Shown here one piece after another: positions 51,728 through 62,521 of a DNA stretch of 64,000 nucleotides. Origin of the DNA: Alphaproteobacteria bacterium (GTDB lineage Bacteria; Pseudomonadota; Alphaproteobacteria; UBA8366); assembly GCA_965228975.1 (NCBI GenBank), contig OZ245851.1:5568656-5632655 (forward strand). The letters run 5' to 3'. Numbering within the stretch: position 1 is the stretch's first letter; each line of letters starts with the position of its first letter. The translations under genes were made by a program, and so were the position numbers. A model generated the notes under the pieces. It saw only the letters and a program-made list of their open reading frames with translations. It did not search any database and was not told the origin of the DNA.

Positions 51728-52948
51728 ATGGCGCGGATCGTAATGAAATTCGGCGGCACGTCGGTGGCCGACCTGGACCGTATTCGCAATGCGGCGAAGC
51801 GGATCAAGGCCGAGTACGACCAAGGCCATGAGATCGCCGTCGCGGTCTCGGCGATGGCCGGCGAGACCAACCGATTGGTCGATTTCGTCACGAGCGCGAA
51901 CAAACTGCACGACGCGCGCGAATACGATGTGGTGGTGTCGTCAGGCGAGCAGGTGACGAGCGGCTTGATGGCGCTGACGCTGCAGGAAATGGGGTTGCCC
52001 GCGCGATCGTGGCTCGCATGGCAACTGCCGATCCAGACCGACGACGTGCACGGCAAGGCGCGTATCCAGGCCGTCGAAACCGGCAAGATGATCGAACGGT
52101 TTGCCGACCGGCAGATTGCCGTCGTCGCCGGTTTCCAGGGGGTGTCGCCGGACCAACGGGTGACCACGCTGGGCCGGGGCGGGTCGGATACCAGCGCCGT
52201 GGCGCTTGCTGCCGCCCTCGAGGCCGACCGCTGCGATATCTATACCGACGTGGACGGGGTCTATACCTCCGATCCGCGGATCGTGACGAAGGCGCGCAAG
52301 CTCGATCGCATCACCTACGAAGAGATGCTCGAAATGGCGTCGCAGGGGGCGAAGGTCCTGCAGACCCGGTCGGTCGAGTTGGCCATGAAAGCGGGCGTGC
52401 GCTTGCAGGTATTATCGAGTTTCCGGGAAGAGCCCGGAACCCTGGTTGTTGATGAGGACGAGATCGTGGAACATCAGATCGTCAGTGGAATTGCCTATAG
52501 CCGGGACGAGGCGAAGATCAGCCTCGCAGGCGTATCGGATAAGCCCGGTGTGGCGGCGGGAATTTTCGGCCCGCTCTCCGAGGCGAATGTGAATGTCGAT
52601 ATGATCGTCCAAAGCATGGCCGCCGACGGCCAGCGGACGGATATGACATTCACCGTCGGGAAAGCCGATTTCGACAGGGCGATGGAAGTGTTGAACGGCG
52701 TTAAGGATGCCGTCGGCTGCAACGATGTCCTGTCCGATCAGGATGTCGTCAAGATTTCGGTGATCGGCGTCGGCATGCGCAGTCACGCGGGCGTCGCACA
52801 GGTGATGTTCCGTACGCTCGCGGAGAAGGGTATAAACATCCAAGTAATTTCAACCTCGGAAATCAAGATCAGCGTCTTGGTAGCCGAGGAGTATACGGAA
52901 CTGGCGCTGCGTGCGTTGCACACCGCGTACGGGTTGGATACCGATTGA
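51728..52948 (+). CDS. lysC: Aspartate kinase
   Basis: MKFGGTSV, TLGRGGSD, DVDGVY and two ACT domains. Confidence 0.97.
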   Translation: MARIVMKFGGTSVADLDRIRNAAKRIKAEYDQGHEIAVAVSAMAGETNRLVDFVTSANKLHDAREYDVVVSSGEQVTSGLMALTLQEMGLPARSWLAWQLPIQTDDVHGKARIQAVETGKMIERFADRQIAVVAGFQGVSPDQRVTTLGRGGSDTSAVALAAALEADRCDIYTDVDGVYTSDPRIVTKARKLDRITYEEMLEMASQGAKVLQTRSVELAMKAGVRLQVLSSFREEPGTLVVDEDEIVEHQIVSGIAYSRDEAKISLAGVSDKPGVAAGIFGPLSEANVNVDMIVQSMAADGQRTDMTFTVGKADFDRAMEVLNGVKDAVGCNDVLSDQDVVKISVIGVGMRSHAGVAQVMFRTLAEKGINIQVISTSEIKISVLVAEEYTELALRALHTAYGLDTD

Positions 52949-53011
52949 CGGCGACGCCCGCCGTTGGCAGTGGGCACGAGGCGGGCTAGCGGCGTAGAAC
53001 AGGTTTAGCGG

Positions 53012-55291
53012 ATGACCGATGTCACGCATTGGGTCGGGTCGCGGCAGTTGCTGCGCCGTCTGCGCGACGCCATGGCGCGCGGCGGCACAACGCAGGAACG
53101 CCTGGACCGGATCGCCGAGATCATCGCCCGCGGCATGGTGGCGGAGGTTTGCTCCGTCTACGTTATGCAGCCGGGCGAACGGCTTGTGCTGTGCAGTACC
53201 GAGGGACTGCGCAAAGATGCCGTCTATCGTACGCAGCTCGGCATAAACGAAGGTTTGGTCGGCGCGATCGCCGCCCATGCCAGCCCGCTCGCCCTGGCCG
53301 ATGCTCAGAGCCATCCGCAATTCGCCTACCGGCCGGAAACCGGCGAAGAGATTTACCACTCCTTTTTGGGTGCACCCGTACTGCGCAGCGGCCGGGTCAT
53401 GGGCGTGCTGACCATTCAGAACATGACCCAGCGCAACTACACCGAGGAGGAGGTCGAAACCCTCGAGACGGTCGCCATGGTGGTTGCCGAGCTCATCGCC
53501 GGCGGCGATCTCTCGGTGCCCGATGAAGTGGCAGGGCCTGCGAATACGGCGCCGGTTCGCCTCGACGGCACGCGGATCAACGGCGGGCTGGCGCGGGGCG
53601 TTGCGGTTCTCCACGAGCGCGGCGCGCCGATTTCGCAGACCATCGCGGAAGATCCCGACTCCGAACTGAAGCGGATTGCCGAAGCGATGAGCGGTATGCA
53701 ACTGGCGCTGGACAGCATGGTGGACCGCCTTTCCGGCGACGCCCAATCCACGCGCTCAGGAGAGCCGCTCGATATCCTCCGGGCCTTCCGCATGATCGCC
53801 GACGATCACGGATGGATACGGCGAATTCGCGAGGCTATTCAGAGCGGTTTGACCGCCGAAGCCGCGGTCGCGAAGGTCCAGAACGACACTAGGGCGCGCA
53901 TGAGTCAGGTTCGCGATCCGTATCTACGTGAACGCCTACTCGATCTCGACGACCTAGCCTATCGGTTGTTGCAGCACCTGACCCATGGCGCCGATGGCGG
54001 CAATGGTAGCTTGCCGCTTCCCGAGGACGTGGTTCTGGTGGCACGCGCGATGGGGCCGGTCGAATTGCTCGACTATGATCGAACGCGGCTTCGCGCCCTG
54101 ATCCTCGATGAGGGGACGGCGGCATCGCATGTGGCCATCGTGGCGAAAGCCCTCGATATCCCGGTCATTGGCAATGTGCGCGGCGTGATCGGCAAGGTCG
54201 AGCCCGGCGATCCGGTATTCGTCGATGGCGACAACGGCGTCGCCTATGTTCGGCCGGCGGAGGATTTTCAGAAAAGTTTCACCGACAACCTTCAGAACTG
54301 GGAGAAGAAGCGCGCGGAATATGCCGCCACGCGGGATCTGCCGGCGGTGACACGCGACGGGCAGCCGGTGTCGTTGCTTATCAACGCCGGCCTCGATATC
54401 GATCTGGATCACTTGCAGGAAAGCGGTGCCGAGGGCGTCGGACTATACCGGACCGAAATTCCCTTCATGATCCATGCTCAATTCCCGCGTATGACGAGGC
54501 AGACCGATCTGTACCGCGATATATACGCGAAGGCGGGGGACTGTCCTGTTGTCTTCCGCACGCTCGATATTGGCGGCGATAAGATCTTGCCCTATCTGCG
54601 GATCGGCGAAGACCAGAATCCGGCGATGGGATGGCGCGCGTTGCGGATCGCGCTCGACCGCCCGGCGATTCTCCGCCTGCAGATCCGTGCCCTGTTGCGG
54701 GCCTCGGCCGGCCGTGAACTGCGCGTCATGTTCCCTCTGGTCGCGGAAGTCGCGGAATTCGATGACGCGAAAGCGTTGCTGGACCAAGAAGTGGAGCGCG
54801 CGAAGTCGCGGGGAAACCCGTCGCCCGACAGCATCCGCGTTGGCGCGATGATGGAAGTGCCTTCGCTGTATTTTCAGTTGCCGCAGCTTCTCGACCGGGT
54901 CGATTTCCTCTCCATCGGCTCGAACGACCTGGTGCAGTTTCTCTTCGCCTGCGACCGGGGGAATCCACGGGTCAGCGATCGCTACGACGTGTTGTCTCCG
55001 GCAGTCCTGAAATTCCTGCATGGTGTCGTCGCCGAATGCCGCAAGGCCGGCGTTCCGGTGAGCCTTTGCGGGGAAATGGCCGGGCAGCCGTTGGAAGCGA
55101 TGGCGTTGATCGGGGTCGGATTCCGAATCCTGTCGATGCCTTCCGGCGCCATCGGGGCAGTCCGCCACATGATGCAGAATCTCGAGGTCGGAGAGCTCGA
55201 ACGTTTCGTGGAGTCTCTCTTGGAGAAGCCAGATCACAGCCTCCGGGATGTCCTGCGGGCATATGCCGAGAGCCATAAAATCCTGCTCTAG
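53012..55291 (+). CDS. ptsP: GAF-domain PEP-protein phosphotransferase (EI-Ntr)
   Basis: N-terminal GAF, SHVAIVA phospho-His, GLYRTE, RTLDIGGDK, SNDL and CGEMAG motifs. Confidence 0.96.
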   Translation: MTDVTHWVGSRQLLRRLRDAMARGGTTQERLDRIAEIIARGMVAEVCSVYVMQPGERLVLCSTEGLRKDAVYRTQLGINEGLVGAIAAHASPLALADAQSHPQFAYRPETGEEIYHSFLGAPVLRSGRVMGVLTIQNMTQRNYTEEEVETLETVAMVVAELIAGGDLSVPDEVAGPANTAPVRLDGTRINGGLARGVAVLHERGAPISQTIAEDPDSELKRIAEAMSGMQLALDSMVDRLSGDAQSTRSGEPLDILRAFRMIADDHGWIRRIREAIQSGLTAEAAVAKVQNDTRARMSQVRDPYLRERLLDLDDLAYRLLQHLTHGADGGNGSLPLPEDVVLVARAMGPVELLDYDRTRLRALILDEGTAASHVAIVAKALDIPVIGNVRGVIGKVEPGDPVFVDGDNGVAYVRPAEDFQKSFTDNLQNWEKKRAEYAATRDLPAVTRDGQPVSLLINAGLDIDLDHLQESGAEGVGLYRTEIPFMIHAQFPRMTRQTDLYRDIYAKAGDCPVVFRTLDIGGDKILPYLRIGEDQNPAMGWRALRIALDRPAILRLQIRALLRASAGRELRVMFPLVAEVAEFDDAKALLDQEVERAKSRGNPSPDSIRVGAMMEVPSLYFQLPQLLDRVDFLSIGSNDLVQFLFACDRGNPRVSDRYDVLSPAVLKFLHGVVAECRKAGVPVSLCGEMAGQPLEAMALIGVGFRILSMPSGAIGAVRHMMQNLEVGELERFVESLLEKPDHSLRDVLRAYAESHKILL

Positions 55292-55512
55292 GCGCCGGAA
55301 TTGGGAACTCTTTCCCGTTTGACGATCCTCGTCCTTCTACCTTATCGGGAGGGTCCGCGAATGGTGGCTGCATTTTCGGTGTGTCCTGTAGTATAGTCGC
55401 GCCGAGTGGGGAGCGGCATCAGCGGAAGTCGCGTTTGGTAATCCAATAACAACATTGATGAATAAGGATGGATTGCCTTTAGTTCGGTGCTTTAAGGGGA
55501 CCAGTTCCGCAT

Positions 55513-56784
55513 ATGGCGAAAAATCTTTGGAAGCTTGATCGAAGCGCCAAGCAGGAGTCCGTTGAATCCGGCGAGACCACGTCTCAAGCTGCCGAAGGCA
55601 GCATGCAGACAGTCGGGGCGACCTTGCGGTCACGGCGCGAGGAGCGCGGGGAGGACTTACGGTACGTCTCCCAGGTCTTGCGCATACGCTTTCCGTATCT
55701 CAAGGCGCTCGAAGACGGTCTGATCGACGAACTGCCGGGGCCGACTTATGCGGTCGGATTCGTGCGCACCTATGCCGATCATCTCGGTCTGAACAGCGAG
55801 GCGCTGGTTACCCGCTTCAAGGAGGAGGTCAAAGACCTCAGTAACCGGAGCGACCTGCATTTCCCGGCACCACTCCCCGAAGGGAAAATCCCGAGCGGGG
55901 CGGTCCTGCTGGTTGCGGTCTTGTTGGCCGGATTGGTCTATGGCGCCTGGATTTATTTCTCGTCGAAGGATCAGCAGGTCGCGGAGATCGTGCCGCAATT
56001 GCCTAGCAAGATCAGTGAAATCATCAAGGGCAAACCATCGGACGTCGCCGTCGAGACCCCGCCGGAAACGGTAAAGTCGTCGGCGGTCGATGCGCCGCCG
56101 AAAACGCCGGAGACTCCTGCCGCGTCATCGCCGTCCGAGGTCGCGAAAAAGCCGGCCGAAGACAGCACGCCGAAACCCGATTCCACGCAACCGGCCGAGC
56201 CTACGGCCCCACCGCCCGTGGCCGCCGTAACGCCTGAAGCGACGCCTGAAGCGGCCCCGGACGAGGCGCCGGCGGCAGCGCCCGCCGGTCAGTCTACGCC
56301 GGATGCGGCACCGCCCGCGCCACCGTCGTCGGATGAATCGGCTACGCCTGCCGCACCGATCGGCGCGGAACCGGGGCAACAAATCGCGGCCTTGCCAACG
56401 CCGCCGTCCGAAGACACGGAAACGGCCGAATCCGCCGATTCGCTGGCGGGCGGCAAGATTTACGGCAACGAGAATACCAACGCCCGGATCGTTGTTCAGG
56501 CGCTGTCGGACAGTTGGGTGGAAATCCGCGATAGCGAAAACGCCGAGCTGTTGTTGACCCGCGTTCTTTTCAAGGGCGATTCATATCAGGTGCCGGATCG
56601 AAGAGGATTGACCCTGTTGACGGGCAATGCCGGCGGATTGCGCATTACCGTCGATGGTGCGCCGGTGCCCTCGCTCGGTCCGCCCGGGGCGGTTCGCCGG
56701 GATGTCGCGCTTGAGCCCGAACCGTTGAAATCCGGCAACGCCGTCGGCGCCGCCGCGCCGCCGGTTGGCACCGCGTCGGAATAG
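55513..56784 (+). CDS. rodZ: RodZ-like protein (HTH, TM, Pro/Ala linker, DUF4115)
   Basis: GFVRTYADHLGL HTH region, single TM, SWVEIRD and LTGNAGGL motifs. Confidence 0.88.
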   Translation: MAKNLWKLDRSAKQESVESGETTSQAAEGSMQTVGATLRSRREERGEDLRYVSQVLRIRFPYLKALEDGLIDELPGPTYAVGFVRTYADHLGLNSEALVTRFKEEVKDLSNRSDLHFPAPLPEGKIPSGAVLLVAVLLAGLVYGAWIYFSSKDQQVAEIVPQLPSKISEIIKGKPSDVAVETPPETVKSSAVDAPPKTPETPAASSPSEVAKKPAEDSTPKPDSTQPAEPTAPPPVAAVTPEATPEAAPDEAPAAAPAGQSTPDAAPPAPPSSDESATPAAPIGAEPGQQIAALPTPPSEDTETAESADSLAGGKIYGNENTNARIVVQALSDSWVEIRDSENAELLLTRVLFKGDSYQVPDRRGLTLLTGNAGGLRITVDGAPVPSLGPPGAVRRDVALEPEPLKSGNAVGAAAPPVGTASE

Positions 56785-56982
56785 CCCGGCGTCGTAACCA
56801 TCGAATCTTCGGGCCTGACTTGGTCCCGGTACACGCTCTCAATCGGGCGTTTCCTTCGATTCGCCGCTTGCTTACCTGCTTGACACTGTTGGATTGTGCG
56901 GACACTCTCGCCCGCGCCGGCGCTTTGCTATGGTCACGGCCGTTTTCTAGGCTTTTCTGCAATCTGAATGACACGTAACGAC

Positions 56983-58227
56983 ATGGCCTCTCTTCAACCT
57001 GTTCGCGGAACCCACGACCTGCTGCCGGAAGCGATGCGGGGACACCGGCATGTCGTCGATACCGCGCGCCGCATCGTCGAGCGCTATGGCTTCGACGAAG
57101 TGGCGACGCCGATTTTCGAGTTCAGCCAGGTATTCAAACGGACGCTCGGTGAGGCGTCCGACGTTGTCACCAAGGAGATGTATTCCTTCACCGACAAGGG
57201 GGATGAAGAGATCACCTTGCGGCCGGAGAATACGGCCGGCGTGGCGCGCGCCTTCATTTCCGAGGGGCTCGCCCAGCAGGTCCCCGTTCGGTATTTCTAT
57301 GCCGGCCCGATGTTCCGCTACGAACGGCCACAGAAAGGCCGGCAGCGCCAGTTCCACCAGATCGGTGTCGAACTCATCGGGTTGCCGCAACCGCAGGCGG
57401 ATGTCGAAGTCATCGCCGCCGGCGTTCGTGTGCTGGAGGCGCTCGGTGTTCTCGGCGAGACCGTCCTGCAGCTCAACACGTTGGGCGATACTGAAAGCCG
57501 GGTCGCCTATCGCGATGCGCTGGTCGCCTATTTCGAGAAACATCGCGAGGTGCTTTCCGAGGACAGTCAGGCTCGGTTGGAGCGCAACCCGTTGCGTATT
57601 CTCGATTCCAAGGACGAGACGGATCGCGGAATCGTGGCCGACGCCCCGCTGTTCGGTGATTTCCTCAATGCCGACAGCACGGAATTCTTCGATACCGTCA
57701 AGGCCGGTCTCGACGCGCTGGACATCGAATATACGGTGAGCCCTCGGCTCGTGCGGGGCCTGGACTATTACTGCCATACGGCATTCGAATTCGTGACCAC
57801 CGCGCTCGGCGCGCAAGGAACCGTGCTCGCCGGCGGCCGTTACGACGGACTGATCAAGATGATGGGTGGCCCCGACACGCCGGGTGTCGGTTGGGCGGCG
57901 GGTGTGGAACGGCTGTCGATGTTGTGTAGCGACGTGCCGCATGCGCGGCGCCCGGTCGCGTTGATTCCGCTGGGATCGGAGGCCGAGCAGGAGGTTTTCA
58001 AAATCGCCGAGCGGTTGCGGTGCGCCGGGTTCCGCATCGAACTTGGCTATTCGGGCAACTTGGGGCGGCGAATGAAGCGCGCCAACCGAGTCAACGCCTG
58101 CGCAGCGGTCATCGTCGGCGACGACGAACTGGCGCGCGGCACGGCGACGGTGCGCAACATGGAGTCGGGCTCGCAGGACGAGGTGGCGCTCGCGTCGCTT
58201 GAGGAACACCTCGCCGTCTACCGGTAG
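56983..58227 (+). CDS. hisS: Histidine--tRNA ligase
   Basis: VRGTHD, LRPENTA, FRYERPQKGR, RGLDYY and GGRYDG motifs. Confidence 0.98.
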   Translation: MASLQPVRGTHDLLPEAMRGHRHVVDTARRIVERYGFDEVATPIFEFSQVFKRTLGEASDVVTKEMYSFTDKGDEEITLRPENTAGVARAFISEGLAQQVPVRYFYAGPMFRYERPQKGRQRQFHQIGVELIGLPQPQADVEVIAAGVRVLEALGVLGETVLQLNTLGDTESRVAYRDALVAYFEKHREVLSEDSQARLERNPLRILDSKDETDRGIVADAPLFGDFLNADSTEFFDTVKAGLDALDIEYTVSPRLVRGLDYYCHTAFEFVTTALGAQGTVLAGGRYDGLIKMMGGPDTPGVGWAAGVERLSMLCSDVPHARRPVALIPLGSEAEQEVFKIAERLRCAGFRIELGYSGNLGRRMKRANRVNACAAVIVGDDELARGTATVRNMESGSQDEVALASLEEHLAVYR

Positions 58228-58234
58228 CTGTGCG

Positions 58235-59515
58235 ATGCTTGCGCAGGGCGACGCCCGGATCTTTGCCGTTGGGGCCAATCATCGGTCCAGCAGCGCGCTG
58301 CTGCGCGACCGCCTCTTCATCGACGAAGCCATGGTGCCGCGGACCCTCGACCGGTTACGCGATGCCGGCCTGGGTCAGGCAATCGTCCTCTCGACCTGTG
58401 ACAGGATCGAAATCCAAGGCGTCCATCCCGATGCGGAACGGATGGCGAGGGCGATCCGAGACGATTTCTGCGCGACCAGCAATGTCGGTGGATCCGAAAT
58501 CGCGGAGCAGAGTTATGCTCACTACGACGACATCGCGCTGCGCCATATCTTCGCGGTCGCGGCGTCGCTGGACAGTCAGGTCATCGGCGAACCGCAGGTC
58601 TTGGGACAGGTTCGCGCCGCGCACCGCCTGTCGGCCGACTGCGGCATGATGGGCGCGGAATTCGAAGCGGTGCTGCAGGCAGCCTATGGCGTGGCGAAGC
58701 GCGTCCGGACCGAAACGCAGATCACGCGGCGCCCGGTGTCGATCGCCTCGGCCGCGGCGCAGGTGGCTCAGGACCTGCACGGCGACCTCTCGCGCTGCCG
58801 CGCCCTGATTATCGGACTGGGCGAGATCGGTGAATTGATCCACGACCATATGCGGCAGGCGGGCCTGCGCGATACGGCCATGACCGGCCCGTCGCAAAGG
58901 GTCGAAGGCGCGGCGCGGCGTGCCGGATTGCGGTTCGCGCCCTACGAGGAACTGGCGGCAGAAGTGGCCTTGTCGGACATTGTCGTGTCAGCGGCCGGCA
59001 CGGGCCGGCAGATTGTGACCGCGGCGTTGGTCGAATCGGCCCTACGCGAACGCCGGCGGCGGCCTATCTTGTTCCTGGATGGCGGCGTTCCACCGGATAT
59101 GGACGCGGCGCTCGAGCGCCATGACGGTGCGTATCTCTATACGCTGGACGACCTCGAACAGGTCGCGTTGGAAGGACGGACGCAGCGCCAGGAAGCATCG
59201 GCCGACGCCTGGCGTCTGATCGACGAAGGCGTCGCAGCCTGGCAACGGCGGCAGGCGGAGCGCGATGCGGTACCATCCGTCGTAGCGCTGCGCGAGCATT
59301 TCGAACGGGTACGGCAGGATGTGCTAGCCGAAAACCCCGGCGCCGACCCGGAAGAGGCGACCCGCTTGTTGGTTAACCGGTTGCTGCACCGGCCGACTGC
59401 GGCGTTGCGCGATCTGGCGGCCAATGACGCGGCCGACACTAAATTGAATAGAAACGACGTGGAGCAGCTGGTTGGTAAGCTGTTCACCGGTCTATCGAAG
59501 GAAGAGGAACGCTGA
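58235..59515 (+). CDS. hemA: Glutamyl-tRNA reductase
   Basis: VGANH, STCDRIE (catalytic Cys), [22 protein letters not shown] and NRLLHRP motifs. Confidence 0.9.
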   Translation: MLAQGDARIFAVGANHRSSSALLRDRLFIDEAMVPRTLDRLRDAGLGQAIVLSTCDRIEIQGVHPDAERMARAIRDDFCATSNVGGSEIAEQSYAHYDDIALRHIFAVAASLDSQVIGEPQVLGQVRAAHRLSADCGMMGAEFEAVLQAAYGVAKRVRTETQITRRPVSIASAAAQVAQDLHGDLSRCRALIIGLGEIGELIHDHMRQAGLRDTAMTGPSQRVEGAARRAGLRFAPYEELAAEVALSDIVVSAAGTGRQIVTAALVESALRERRRRPILFLDGGVPPDMDAALERHDGAYLYTLDDLEQVALEGRTQRQEASADAWRLIDEGVAAWQRRQAERDAVPSVVALREHFERVRQDVLAENPGADPEEATRLLVNRLLHRPTAALRDLAANDAADTKLNRNDVEQLVGKLFTGLSKEEER

Positions 59516-59519
59516 TCCC

Positions 59520-60593
59520 ATGAGTATGGCGGAAAAGCTATCGGCGGTTATCGCCCGGCAGGAAGAACTGACGGCGTTGATGTCGTCGGAGGATCTGAGC
59601 CCGTCGGATTTCGCGTCCTTGTCCAAGGAATACGCGGAACTTTCGCCGATCGCCGAGAAAGCGCGCGAGGTGCAGGGTATTTTGTCGGAGCTGTCCGACC
59701 TGGAAGAACTGATGGGCGATGCAGACACCGATGCGGAAATGCGCAGTATGGCCGAAGAGGAGCACCGCGAGTTGGCCGCTAGTCTGCCCGCGTTGGAGCG
59801 TGAGGTGCAGATCCTGCTGTTGCCGAAGGACGCCGCTGACGACCGTAGCGCCATCCTCGAGGTGCGCGCGGGCACCGGCGGTGACGAAGCGTCGTTGTTC
59901 GCCGCCGATCTGTTCCGCATGTATCAGCGCTATGCGGAAAATCACGGCTGGCGGTTCGAGCCGATCGAGGTCAATGATACGGAACTCGGCGGTTTTAAGG
60001 AGGCGATCGCGTCGATCGGCGGCGCGGGCGTATTCGCGAAGCTAAAGTTCGAGTCCGGCGTCCATCGGGTACAGCGTGTACCGGTGACTGAAAGCGGCGG
60101 GCGGATCCATACCTCGGCGGCAACCGTCGCGGTGTTGCCCGAAGCCGAAGACGTCGACATCTCGGTCGACGAGAAGGACCTGCGGATCGATACCTACCGG
60201 GCCTCGGGTGCCGGCGGTCAGCATGTCAACAAGACCGACAGCGCGATCCGGATCACGCATATTCCCACGGGAGTCGTCGTCCAGTGCCAGGACGAAAAGT
60301 CCCAGCACAAGAACCGTGCGAAGGCGATGAAGGTCCTGCGTGCCCGCCTCTATGAGGCGGAACGGCAGCGCCAGCAGGACGAGCGGTCCGAGAACCGGCG
60401 CAGTCAGGTTGGGTCCGGCGACCGGTCCGAACGCATTCGGACCTACAATTACCCGCAAGGCCGCGTCACCGACCATCGCATCAATCTTACCGTGCACAAG
60501 CTCGATCGGATCATGAACGGTGAGGAACTGGACGATATATTCGACGCCCTGCTCGCCGAGGATCGGGCGGAACGCCTTGCAGAGTTGCAATGA
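59520..60593 (+). CDS. prfA: Peptide chain release factor 1
   Basis: PVT specificity motif, GGQ and [12 protein letters not shown]. Confidence 0.98.
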   Translation: MSMAEKLSAVIARQEELTALMSSEDLSPSDFASLSKEYAELSPIAEKAREVQGILSELSDLEELMGDADTDAEMRSMAEEEHRELAASLPALEREVQILLLPKDAADDRSAILEVRAGTGGDEASLFAADLFRMYQRYAENHGWRFEPIEVNDTELGGFKEAIASIGGAGVFAKLKFESGVHRVQRVPVTESGGRIHTSAATVAVLPEAEDVDISVDEKDLRIDTYRASGAGGQHVNKTDSAIRITHIPTGVVVQCQDEKSQHKNRAKAMKVLRARLYEAERQRQQDERSENRRSQVGSGDRSERIRTYNYPQGRVTDHRINLTVHKLDRIMNGEELDDIFDALLAEDRAERLAELQ

Positions 60594-61441
60594 GCCTGCG
60601 GACGGTCGGGTCTTGTCTCACGGAAGGAGCGGCGCGCCTAAAGGCGGCGGGAATCGAATCGCCGCATCGCGAGGCGCGGCTGTTGCTGGCGCACGCGCTG
60701 GATGTCGACCAGGCTTCGATCGTCGGTCACCCCGAACGGGCAATCCCGGATCCGGTTGCCTATCGCGCCTTGGTCGATCGGCGTGCCCGCGGCGTGCCGG
60801 CGGCGCAGTTGCTCGGACAGCAAGAGTTCTGGAGCCTGCCGTTTCGCGTCACGCCGGACACCCTGATTCCCCGGCCGGACACCGAAACGCTTGTCGAAGC
60901 GGCGCTGGCGGTCTTGAAGGAACGGAAGCTGGCTGCGCCGACGATCCTCGACTTGGGGACGGGAACCGGATGCCTTCTCCTGTCGCTGTTGTCGGAGTGT
61001 CCGGGTGCGTGGGGCGTGGGCATAGACCGGTCCGCCGACGCTGCCGACGTCGCGCGCGGCAATGCCGAACGGCTCGGCCTTGCGGATCGCGCGCATTTTC
61101 TCGTGTCGGACTGGGCGGCGGCGCTATCGGGCCGGTTCGATATCGTTGTGTCCAACCCTCCCTATATTGCGACGGACGAGATCGGCGGCCTTCAGACCGA
61201 AATTGCGCATCACGAACCGAATCTGGCCTTAGACGGCGGCGGCGACGGTCTGGCCTGCTATCGCGCTTTCGTCGATGAGCTGCCGCGCCTGTTGAGGCCG
61301 GAGGGCGGCGTTTTCCTGGAAGTCGGGCTCGGACAATGGGAGTCGGTGGCGGCGCTGCTCGAAGCGGCCGGATTGACGGTTTCCGGACCGATCCGTGATC
61401 TGGCCGGAATTTCACGCTGCGTTGCAGCGCAAATAGCGTGA
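60590..61441 (+). CDS. prmC: Release factor glutamine methyltransferase
   Basis: [15 protein letters not shown] and SNPPY motifs; overlaps the prfA stop. Confidence 0.96.
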   Translation: MSLRTVGSCLTEGAARLKAAGIESPHREARLLLAHALDVDQASIVGHPERAIPDPVAYRALVDRRARGVPAAQLLGQQEFWSLPFRVTPDTLIPRPDTETLVEAALAVLKERKLAAPTILDLGTGTGCLLLSLLSECPGAWGVGIDRSADAADVARGNAERLGLADRAHFLVSDWAAALSGRFDIVVSNPPYIATDEIGGLQTEIAHHEPNLALDGGGDGLACYRAFVDELPRLLRPEGGVFLEVGLGQWESVAALLEAAGLTVSGPIRDLAGISRCVAAQIA

Positions 61442-61678
61442 AAGCATTAACCAAAAAAAATGGTTGGAACGTCGGAGCGAACCGTCTAGTTTCTTGTCAG
61501 CACCTCGTTGAACCAGGCCCGCAGGGCTAGGCAGGAGCATCCGAGGTCGAATTAATCTTCGAAAGCTTGTCTTTTGGGGAGGCCCGCTGAAAGCGGCCTG
61601 CCGCAGGGTTGCGGCGCGTTGAAAAAGGGTCAGCTTTTTTCAGCGGAAGCAGAAACCAGCTTCGATGTGTAAGGAAAT

Positions 61679-62329
61679 ATGAAACAAGGCCAAGGCTCTA
61701 AGCGCGCGCGCGGCCGAAATGGTGGGCGTAGGGGCGCAAATCGTCAGCAGACATTCGATAGTAACGGACCAAGCGTCAGAATTCGCGGCAACGCGTTCCA
61801 GGTTCACGAAAAATACCTGGGTCTGGCACGTGACGCGGCGTCTTCGGGCGATCGTATCGCAGCGGAGAATTACTATCAGCATGCCGAACATTACTTCCGC
61901 CTGTATTCCATCGATCAGGAACAGCGGAACGAACGGCAGGCGGCAAACGCCCAATCCAACGACGGGCAGCGGCAGGGTGATGGCCAGCGGCGCCAAGGCG
62001 GCCGCGGCAATCGCGGTAATCGCAACGACGCACATGGTGCTAACGGTGCCGCGGCGTCCCACGGCGACGGCGCAGCCAACGGTGCGAATGGCGCCGAGGC
62101 CAATGTCGGCAAGCCGGGGCAATCCAACGGCGCGAAGAGCGCAAACGCTCCGAGCAAAGGCAACGGCGACGACCGTCCGATCGAGGTCGATGCAAAGCCG
62201 TCGAAGGGCGATGCGGCGGCCGGGACCGAAGCGTCCGCGTCCGCTGGCACGCCGGACGAGCAGGCGGTCCCCGAGAAGCCCGCGCCGTCCAAACGGCGTC
62301 CCCGCCGGAAACCCGCCACGAGCGACTAA
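61679..62329 (+). CDS. DUF4167 domain protein
   Basis: FDSNGPSVRIRG...EKYLGLARDA...AENYYQHAEHYFR, disordered tail; AAGGA RBS. Confidence 0.92.
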   Translation: MKQGQGSKRARGRNGGRRGANRQQTFDSNGPSVRIRGNAFQVHEKYLGLARDAASSGDRIAAENYYQHAEHYFRLYSIDQEQRNERQAANAQSNDGQRQGDGQRRQGGRGNRGNRNDAHGANGAAASHGDGAANGANGAEANVGKPGQSNGAKSANAPSKGNGDDRPIEVDAKPSKGDAAAGTEASASAGTPDEQAVPEKPAPSKRRPRRKPATSD

Positions 62330-62521
62330 GCCGTCCGGTATAGACGGCGCGGCGGTGCATCCAAGCATCCGCCGCAGGCGGGTCGGTTTTCAGGCAATAT
62401 TCCATCGCGCCGCTCGCGAGCGCGTGATTTTGTCGCGTGTCGCCTGACGCTGTAGGGTTGACCGTGTCGTTCGGACCGTTTTGTCTAACGCCACCAGATA
62501 TCCAACGCACAGGGGTGACAC

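Noticed and set aside
56230-56253. 12-bp tandem duplication ACGCCTGAAGCG x2 in rodZ
   Set aside because: In-frame slippage in a low-complexity linker; no functional signal
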